Assembly: GCF_000281045.1 (NCBI RefSeq)
Contig: NW_008246071.1
Coordinates: forward strand, 1,186,889-1,206,888
Direction of reading: 5' to 3'
DNA: 20,000 nucleotides
From: Saprolegnia diclina VS20
Lineage: Eukaryota
Shown: in pieces, positions 9,248-17,370 of the stretch
Position numbering within the stretch: position 1 is the first letter of the stretch
Layout of the letters: the number at the start of each line of letters is the position of its first letter
Program-made: the position numbers and the translations under genes
Notes under the pieces: generated by a model
The model's database searches: none
What the model saw: the letters and a program-made list of their open reading frames with translations, nothing else
What the model was told of the DNA's origin: nothing

Positions 9248-10065
9248 CATGACAGGGTGCTGGCCATAAAGTAATCCCACCGCCGTACCGTACGCTCGTC
9301 GAAGGCGCCACATCAGCTTTTTCCAATGACATGCCAGCAGCCGCATGAGAAGAGCCATCGGTCGGGAGCTGCTCCGAAAGAGTCGGTCGCCGCCACCACC
9401 CAGAGCCGTCACCCACGCAGTCAAGCTTCGTCGGAAAGGAATGAGAAAGCATATCTTGAGAGCGCTGCACTGGCGCCACACCACTCAACGCTGGACTTCA
9501 GCACGCGCTGGTCAGTGGCGATCTTTGCAGCCATCCTTGCAGCAATGCATGTGTTAGAGATTACGTGTGGATTATAACACTGTGGGATGTGCTTTGCAAA
9601 GACGCCTACTCTTGCCACCGGCCGCGCCAGCCATTCGCATCGCGCACTATGGCAAAGCGACGTCTCGGGGTCTGCGCTCGGCCGCCTCCTCCCGCGACGT
9701 CGGCGTGGCGACGTGGCGACGTGCTGTCGCGGCGAGTAGCTTCGTCCCTGCACTCCAAACCATCGAACAATACGCTGGGTATCCGGATACCGAAGGAGCG
9801 TATCCGGTTGGGATATGGAATATCTTTTTTAAGGTTGCTCAACGAGGTGTTACAGTCAAAAGAAGTGTTTGCTGGAGGGGACCCCTCAAAGCGAAACTTC
9901 CCCGGCGACGGTCTCCTCCATCTTGGCGGCCAGGAAGACGACCCCACGGAAGACGACCCTCATCAGGTACGCGCGATGGCGCTTCCGGCTGCAGCAGGAG
10001 CATGGCTGCATGCAATATCCGCGATACGACAGATGGATGGCTCATGGTAGCTGTAGCGCGGAAGC

Positions 10066-11139
10066 ATGGACCTGCCGACGCGTGCGCTCATGCGCGCCAA
10101 CTACGACTCGTTCGACGTGCATGCGACGCTGGGCACGGGCACGTTTGGCCGCGTCCGGCTCGTAAAGCACAAGGAGAACAACACGTACTATGCGCTCAAG
10201 ATCCTCAAGAAGTGCGAGATCGTGCGGCTGCAGCAGCTCCACCACATCAAGTGCGAAGTCGACATCCTCAGCAAGATTGACCACCCGTTCATCGTCAACT
10301 TTATCGGCTCGTTCCAGGACGAGAAGCGATTGTACCTCATCCTCGAGTATGTGCCCGGCGGCGAGCTCTTTTCGTACTTGCGCCGCCAAGGCAAGCTCTC
10401 GGACGAAGCGTCGCGCTACTACACGTCGCAGCTCGTGCTGGCGATCGGGTACCTCCACAGCCTCCACATTATTTACCGCGACTTGAAGCCCGAGAACCTC
10501 CTCATCACGCAAGACGGCAGTATCAAGATCACGGACTTTGGGTTTGCAAAGCGCGTCGAGGACAAGACGTGGACACTCTGCGGCACGCCCGAGTACCTCG
10601 CGCCCGAGATCATTCAGAGCAAGGGCCACGGCAAGTCGGTCGACTGGTGGGCCATCGGCGTCTTGATATACGAAATGCTGGCAGGGTACGCGATCCTTCC
10701 ACGAGACAACGCCATCTCATGCGCGACTAGGTACCCGCCGTTCTACGACGAGAACCCGTTTGGCATCTACCAAAAGATCCTCACGGGCAAAGTCGAGTAC
10801 CCGAAATACATTGACAGCAAGGCCAAGGACCTGATAAAGAAGCTCTTGACGCACGATCGGACAAAGCGACTCGGTACGCGACGAGGACGATGCCAGGTTG
10901 CTCATGCGTATGTAGGATGCCTGCGCAATGGCGCCGAGGACGTCAAGAAGCACAAGTACTTTGCCAACGTCATTTGGGACAATGTGATTGCAAAGAAGGA
11001 CAACCCGCCCTACTTGCCGCCGATCCAGGGGCCCGGCGACCACGGCAACTTTGACCAGTACCCCGAGTCAACGGAAGACACGGCCGTGGCGCTCACGGGC
11101 GACGACAAGGCCGCGTTCGACGCGTTCAACATGTTTTAA
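10066..11139 (+). CDS. PKAC: cAMP-dependent protein kinase (PKA) catalytic subunit-like AGC kinase, about 328 aa
   Basis: GTGTFGRV, YALK, YRDLKPEN, DFGFAK, TWTLCGTPEYLAPE, PPFYDENPFGIYQKIL, NFDQYPES and terminal FDAF. Exons 10066-10685, 10731-10873 and 10916-11139. Introns 10686-10730 (45 nt) and 10874-10915 (42 nt) are in frame, so the track ORF wrongly includes them. Confidence 0.95.
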   Translation: MDLPTRALMRANYDSFDVHATLGTGTFGRVRLVKHKENNTYYALKILKKCEIVRLQQLHHIKCEVDILSKIDHPFIVNFIGSFQDEKRLYLILEYVPGGELFSYLRRQGKLSDEASRYYTSQLVLAIGYLHSLHIIYRDLKPENLLITQDGSIKITDFGFAKRVEDKTWTLCGTPEYLAPEIIQSKGHGKSVDWWAIGVLIYEMLAGYAILPRDNAISCATRYPPFYDENPFGIYQKILTGKVEYPKYIDSKAKDLIKKLLTHDRTKRLGTRRGRCQVAHAYVGCLRNGAEDVKKHKYFANVIWDNVIAKKDNPPYLPPIQGPGDHGNFDQYPESTEDTAVALTGDDKAAFDAFNMF

Positions 11140-11258
11140 ACCGACGACGCGCGTCGTTCATGCTGTATCATTTACTAGCGAAAGATAGAGAGTAGTCCGC
11201 GTCTTCCGCGCCCCACCCTAAATAACCCATTTACGTCACACGTCGTTTCGAAACGTAC

Positions 11259-12905
11259 ATGGGCGCTGCGAGCTCGTCGCGACTGCTGGCGACGACCGAG
11301 GCCGCGCTGGCCGACGGCGCCGAGGTCCTCGACCTCTCGCACGAGCCGCTGCGCGTGCTGCCGCCCACGTTCATTGCGATGCTCTCGTATGGCGTGCAGC
11401 TCAAGGAGCTGCGGCTCTCGAGCGCTGGCCTCACGCAGCTGCCCGCGAGCTTTGGCCGTCTCGCCGCCCTCGAGTATGCACGCACATGTAGAGGCAGATG
11501 AGCCCAGTGCTATAGGCGTCTCGCGCTGGACCGCAACGCGCTCAAGGAACTGCCCATCTCGTTCCACGAACTCCGACGGCTCCGCGCGTTGGACGTGAGC
11601 TACAACCAGCTGGCGTTGCTTCTGGTAGATCGCATGGGGTTCTTCGTCGGCCGCTATTCGATGATACTGTTGTAGGGCAACTTTTGCGACCTCGTCGAGC
11701 TCCAGCATCTCTGGTTGCACTCGAACAAGCTGACTGCGCTGCCCGACGCCTTTGGGAACCTCCAGGCGCTCACGACGCTCAGCGTGCAGAACAATGTGCT
11801 CGGGCGCCTCCCGTACTCGATCGTGCGGATACCAGGGTCCATAAACGCCGTCTTTGGCCCGCGCTCTGAGCGTTAGTAGGCTCCAAGTTGTCGACGCCAG
11901 CGACAACCATATCATGGACCTTCCCGTCGAGTGGGAAACGTGCATGGCGCTGCGAACGCTTCGGCTCTCGCACAACCTCCTCAACAGCATCCCGACGGGG
12001 CTATGGGACCTGCTTCAGCTCGAGACGCTGACGCTATCGCGTACGATCTTGTCTTTGTTGTCATATCTCGAGCACTCAGCAGACAACCGACTTGTGGAGC
12101 TCCCGCTGCCGACACCGGTCGCCCACCTGCCGAGCCTGACCAACCTCAGTGCGTCGAGTGAAATGTGGCTACGGCGCTGAGAATTGCGATGGCAGGTCTG
12201 AGCTACAACCGCATCGACGCCCTTCCAGCATCGCTGCTGCAGATGCCCCGCGTCCAAGTGCTCACGTATACGCAAAACAAGTCTGCGAGCTGCCCGTGGA
12301 TATGGAACTGATGAGAAGTAGACTGGCCACTGTCGACGACAACCTCTTTCGACTGGTCGATCTCGTCTTCCTCGATCTCTCGGAGAATAGCTTGGCGGTC
12401 CTGCCGTCCGACGGGTGGCACGCCCTCGCCCGCCTCGTCGAGCTTCATGTCGCCAACAACCGGCTCACGGCAGTGCCAAGCGGCTTGGAGCTGCTCCCAA
12501 AGCTCCAGTTTTTGAATCTGAGCAACAATCTACTCCAGACCGTACGCGCGTCTGGACACGGCGGTTCTTCTACATGGCTCAGTCCCTCTAGTTGCCCGAC
12601 GCGATGGGCCAACTGACGTCGCTCGAGACTCTGTGGTGTCAGAACAACGAGCTCAAGGGTCTTCCGCCGAGCGTTGACGGATGGCAGCTGCTGCACACGC
12701 TTGCCCTCGAGCACAACCGTGGGTCCACCGCGGAGACGGTTCGACACTTATGTATCGCGTAGCTATGACGCGCGTGCCATTGACGCTCACGTCCTTGCCA
12801 GCGCTTTGCCACCTTAGCATGGACCGCAAGTCGTTTGCGCTGCTGGACCCAGAACTGATTTCGTTCTGCAACCAACTCCCCGCGTTCGAGATCCACGGGC
12901 TGTAG
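11259..12905 (+). CDS. Leucine-rich repeat protein (SHOC2/PIRL-type LRRs), 9 exons, N-myristoylation motif
   Basis: Repeated LxxLxLxxNxLxxLP units (LERLALDRNALKELP, LRALDVSYNQL, LQHLWLHSNKLTALP, LRTLRLSHNLLNSIP, LVFLDLSENSLAVLP, LETLWCQNNELKGLP). Eight GT-AG introns start at about 11474, 11625, 11837, 12041, 12149, 12281, 12542 and 12719. Starts MGAASS and ends EIHGL*. Confidence 0.88.
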
Positions 12906-12927
12906 TATCAAGGTATCAACAATCGAG

Positions 12928-14556
12928 TTACTCCCGCCGCAGTCGCTCAATCTCGGCTTGCATGTCGTCCGTGAGCCTATACAAAACGCACACCGTCAGA
13001 ATACGTGGGCGAAGGACGAGCAGCGCACTTGGCCCATTTGCGCATCTCTTGCGCGCTGAGCTCCGTCACGTCGCGGAGCTGGTGCTCGAGGGCATCGCGC
13101 TGGTGTCGGAGCTCCTTTCGCTCTTGGAGGAGGTCCCAAATCATCTATTCGACGACGACGTCGCATGCCATCTTGTCGGACGAAGCGACGAACCTGGTCC
13201 TTGACGCGTAACAGCTTGGTCGTCTCGTCGCTCATTGCCGGCGTCTCATACACTGCTATCGGGCGAGCCATGGCCTTTGCCTTCTGCGCGAGCTCTTCTG
13301 CGGCGGCGTAGATCTAACGCGAGTGAGCGGGACGGGGCACCGTGGGGAGCTACGTGAGGAAACTCGTCCAGGAATTCGTGCATCTCGTGGCTCGAGATGT
13401 GGTCGCCTACACAACATCCCTGAGAGGCAACGCTGTAGGGCGGTAAAGGGCGAACCCTTGTAGCGCTTAGCATGGACGCTACTTGTAATGCGGTCGATGA
13501 GGTCGATATCTTGGTCCAGCTCCATCTGCTGCTTGGTGGTCTACGCCGTGCACGTCGCGCTGGCGCATGGACGGGGAGAGTACCTGCGCTGTCGCAGGTG
13601 CCCAGCGCAATGCTGGGTCGGTTCGACGGCTCATCTACAGTGCTTGGCGAACGGTAGACTAGAGATAGACATTCGTACTCTCTCCATCAAGGTGGCTCGG
13701 TACGGCAGCAGCACATTGTCACACATGGTGTTGAGCTGCTCGAGACGCGACTCGAAGAGCTGGTGCGTGGACGGTGGTGGCGGGCGGCGCTATCTCTGTG
13801 TGTTAGTTGTGCGTCGGCGTTATAGCACGTACGTGCGGCTCAAAGGTGCTCCATGCCGGCCCGTCTTGCAGTGGAAACCTATGGCCGAACTCAGGCAACG
13901 CCTGTCGCGCGACAAGTACGAGGGTGGTGGGCGACCGCTGTGCTTGAACGCGCGAGGTGACGTCAGCTCTTCGACGAACGGCACGAGCTGTTTCTTGAAG
14001 TCACGGATGAAGCCGTGGAACTCCTTGAGATTGAGCGTCCCCGATCGGTCCGTGTCGTAGCTAGTGGGATGCGTGGTGGTCACGTCCATCATCCATTGCA
14101 CTACCGTTCAAAGAGCTGACCGGCTTCAAACTCCGAGTTGCGCGACGTTCGCTCAAAGCCCAGCGGAATGCCCGCGGCGTCCGTGAGCGCGCACGGCGCC
14201 ATCTCCCACTTGCGCTGCGGGTGCGACGCATTGTAGTCGGCCAGGAGCTGCATAAAGTCGTCCCGCGTGATATGCCCGAGCTTCTCCCGATCATACCTAC
14301 AAGCACACGGCAGCATGAGCTTCTCTCGTCGCCGCAGAGGCAAGCTCGACCGGCGAAATAACTGAATTGCGTCTGGGTCGCTCGGCTCGGGTCTAGTGAT
14401 AGGAACACACAATCAGCGACCAGCACGCTTTTCGATGCGCGGCTACTCGGGCGGCGGCGGCTCGGCCTTCTCGGTCTTCTCCTTCTTCTTGGAGGACGAC
14501 TTGGCCTTCTTGGGCTTGTCGCCTTCCTCCTTCTTGGCCTTCTTCGTCGTTGCCAT
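12928..14556 (-). CDS. EF-hand protein with Lys-rich N-terminus and C-terminal coiled coil (about 11 short exons)
   Basis: ATG 14556 gives MATTKKAKKEEGDKPKKAKSSSKKKEK. Spliced EF-hands are LFRRYDREKLGHITRDDFMQLL and LFERYDTDRSGTLNLKEFHGFI. C-terminus LLRVKDQMIWDLLQERKELRHQRDALEHQL...EMRKWAKLTDDMQAEIERLRRE*, stop at 12928-12930. Some internal splice sites (about 13400-13900) are uncertain. Confidence 0.75.
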
Positions 14557-15060
14557 CGCCAGGTCAACCGTCGCGGATCTTGACGAGGTGTTCGAACTTC
14601 GATTTTAGTTGAACCCAACCCATGTGCGACGTTGACGTTGCGAAGTTCGAACTTCGATGCTCATGACACAGCGTGCGCTCCGAGGCATCCAGCGCTCAAG
14701 CCGACGTCTGGTATGACGCTGGGCCCTGCCCAGCGTGTCTTTGCCGTCGCGACGCTCGTCCGTGTTCACTGAAGGGTCTGCCAGCAGCTTGGCAGATTGC
14801 CTGGCTCTGATAATTCGAACTGGGTATGCGGAGAAAGTCCTTGTTTGCAACTGTTGTTTCAATGCAAACCTTCTCGACTATATAGCTTTGAAAGGACGAT
14901 CGACGCGATAGTAGCAAACTGTGTTGATACAAGGGAGTCTCCCGTTGATTGATTGGGAAGCCGCGCCATCTAAGATCTACAGCGTCAAGCAGATGGCAAC
15001 GATCATTTGGGCAATCCACTTCGGTGTGAAAAGCGACATTTCGGCTTTTAGTTTGTGCCC

Positions 15061-16647
15061 ATGAAGCCCTCGACACTGCTGCTGGTCTATGCGGCGTGTG
15101 CGGCTGCCGTCTCGATCGCGCCGCCGTCGCACCCGCACGCGCTCGGCCTCGTGCCCGGCTACAGCGACACGAAGCCGCTCAACTTTGCGCACTACGCCGG
15201 CCGACTGCAGCTTTCGAACGCGCAAAATATGTTTTACTGGCTTGTCGAGGCCGAAGAGAACGCGGCGCATGCGCCGCTCGTGCTCTGGCTCAACGGCGGG
15301 CCTGGTTGCTCGTCCATCTCGGGCATGTTCACCGAGAACGGCCCGTTCGTCGTCCAGAGCGACCTCAGCGTGAAGCGCAATCCGTACGCGTGGAACCGCC
15401 ACGCTAACATGCTCTACCTCGAGTCGCCGTCCGGCGTCGGCTTTAGCTCGCCGCTCCTCGACGCGTCCGAGTACAACGACCACGTGACGACCGAGCGCGC
15501 GGTCGAGTTTCTCGATCACTTCCTGACCGCGTACCCCGAGTACGAAGGCCGTCCGTTCTATGTCACGGGCGAGAGCTACGCTGGCATGTACATTCCGTGG
15601 CTCGTCGATCGGCTCGTGCAGACGCCGCTGGATGGGCTCAACCTCCGCGGCATGGCGATCGGGAATGCGTTCACAGACCAGGACATTGACAACGAGAGCT
15701 ACATCGACTACTACTACAGCCACGGCCTCATCTCGATGGAGGCGTACACCGCGATCAAGGCGACGTGCGTCGGGGAGCTCGCACGCTGCATGTACGACGT
15801 CCCGCTCAACTGCTCGTCCGCGTGCCGCAGCATCATCGACAAAAGCGTCAAGACGATCGCGGAAGACACGATGGACCCGTACTACATTTACGGCGACGTG
15901 TGCTTGCTCCAGAACGACGAGAGCCTCGCGCTGCCGCACACGCGGCATCTCAAAAAGAAAAAGAAGGCGATGACGACGACGCGTCGCCTCGACACGCGTG
16001 TGTCGCCGTGCACCGACACGTATACCAACGCGTACCTGCAGTCGGCGGCGGTGCGAACATTCCTCAACATTTCCGAGCCGATCGTGTGGGCGCCGTGCAG
16101 CGACGAGGTCGGCGACCGCTACACGAGCTCGGCCACGGTGCTGCCCAAGTACGAGACCATTTTGGGTGCCAACTTGAGCGTCCTCATCTACTCGGGCGAC
16201 GCCGACGCCGTCGTGGACTTTATTGGGACGCAGCGCTGGATCGGAACGCTCAACCGGTCGATCGTCGACGAGTGGCATGCATGGTATGGCCCGGACAAGC
16301 AGCTCGCGGGCTACACCCAGGGCTACGACGGTCTCACCTTCGCGACCGTCAAGGGCGCAGGACACATGGTCCCTGCCGTCCGCCCGCTCCACGGTCTCTA
16401 TATGTTTGAGTGCTTTGTCTTTGGGAGCGACAAGTGTCGCGACTGGGAATACCCCTTTGATGTCACCGAGGTCGCCTCGGGCTTTGTGACGGCGTCGGCG
16501 CTCACGGCTAACCTCTCGGCAGCGCACAGTCTTCCCAACGGCACGCTGCCCCTCACCGCCCTCGTAATATGCGCGGCGCTGCTCACGCTTGTCGTGCGCA
16601 AGCGCCTTCAGCCTGAACGCCACCAGCGGTACCAGATCGTAGTCTAG
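15061..16647 (+). CDS. Serine carboxypeptidase, family S10, with signal peptide and C-terminal TM anchor (intronless)
   Basis: Signal peptide MKPSTLLLVYAACAAAVSIA. S10 motifs LWLNGGPGCSS, ENGPF, LESPSGVGFS, GESYAG (Ser), SGDADAVV (Asp) and VKGAGHMVP (His). TM segment LTALVICAALLTLVV is followed by a short tail ending RYQIVV. Confidence 0.95.
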   Translation: MKPSTLLLVYAACAAAVSIAPPSHPHALGLVPGYSDTKPLNFAHYAGRLQLSNAQNMFYWLVEAEENAAHAPLVLWLNGGPGCSSISGMFTENGPFVVQSDLSVKRNPYAWNRHANMLYLESPSGVGFSSPLLDASEYNDHVTTERAVEFLDHFLTAYPEYEGRPFYVTGESYAGMYIPWLVDRLVQTPLDGLNLRGMAIGNAFTDQDIDNESYIDYYYSHGLISMEAYTAIKATCVGELARCMYDVPLNCSSACRSIIDKSVKTIAEDTMDPYYIYGDVCLLQNDESLALPHTRHLKKKKKAMTTTRRLDTRVSPCTDTYTNAYLQSAAVRTFLNISEPIVWAPCSDEVGDRYTSSATVLPKYETILGANLSVLIYSGDADAVVDFIGTQRWIGTLNRSIVDEWHAWYGPDKQLAGYTQGYDGLTFATVKGAGHMVPAVRPLHGLYMFECFVFGSDKCRDWEYPFDVTEVASGFVTASALTANLSAAHSLPNGTLPLTALVICAALLTLVVRKRLQPERHQRYQIVV

Positions 16648-17272
16648 TTGACGTTAGAATCGCAGACAACTTGTTCCATCGTTGCCTTTCTGCGGTCCTT
16701 TCACGCCCTATCGCAAACACCACAAACAGAACGCGCAAGCCACGGGCGACACACCCTACTGACCCTACTGCTATGAAGGGTGGTCTAGTCCAACGGACGC
16801 GACCGTGAAATCCTACAGTACCCCATCCAAGACTCTTGCCCATCAGCCTCCAGAGCATGCCACGTCATCGAGGATGGGCTGCCCACGTGCAGCACTGTAC
16901 GCGTCCGTTGTATGTGCAGCGCGGGTGCTTGAAGATACATACATCCAGGTACCTACGTGTGCAGCACGCCCAGGCAGCGCTCATTTTGCCGACGGGACCG
17001 CTGCTGGCCCCGTGCTACTGCTGCTACTGCCATGGGGAGAGAGCGTTACTTGTGCCCGGCTCCATTCTGGCGTTGGTTATCTTGCCGGTTACACGCTCGG
17101 TCCATCTCGCTTCCGATCGTCGCTTGCGTCGTCCTTGGAGCCTGACGGAGCAATGGTCTCTGGCAGCGCATAAGCTCTGTTAGTACATATGTGTGCGGAG
17201 GTGTACGTTCGCTTGGCTTGCCGCCATCATACGCGAGGAAGATGGCCGCGGCCACATTGCACGTCGTTACAG

Positions 17273-17322
17273 TATCCGGTCGTTATCCGGTCGTTGCCTT
17301 TTTTCGGCGTCATTCTCCGCAC
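17273..17322 (+). promoter_or_regulatory. Tandem TATCCGGTCGT x2 followed by an INR-like element, upstream of the FYVE-Sec14 gene
   Basis: Perfect 11-nt direct repeat at 17273-17283 and 17284-17294. GTCATTCTCCGCAC at 17309-17322 lies about 60 nt before the ATG. Confidence 0.5.
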
Positions 17323-17370
17323 CTCTAGCGCAGCGCAGAGAAGCAGATCCATCAGAATCAGGACACTGCG

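Noticed and set aside
5159..14556. Apparent frameshifts and fragmentation suggesting pseudogenes or programmed frameshifting
   Set aside because: The breaks are resolved by canonical short GT-AG introns that restore the frame.
14641..14656. GAA/TTC array as a heat-shock element
   Set aside because: Spacing (GAAgTTC, TTCGAA) does not match nGAAnnTTCn. It is kept only as an unknown palindromic motif.
14977..16623. 548-aa antisense ORF over the carboxypeptidase
   Set aside because: Shadow frame produced by GC3-biased codons. It has no recognisable motifs, and the sense strand is a clear S10 enzyme.
16648..17270. Unassigned ~620-nt spacer with short ORFs (16805-17173) and an ACCCTACTG x2 repeat at 16753-16770
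   Set aside because: No coding-type codon bias or motif, and the repeat is too short. It is probably UTR or promoter, though a noncoding transcript cannot be excluded.
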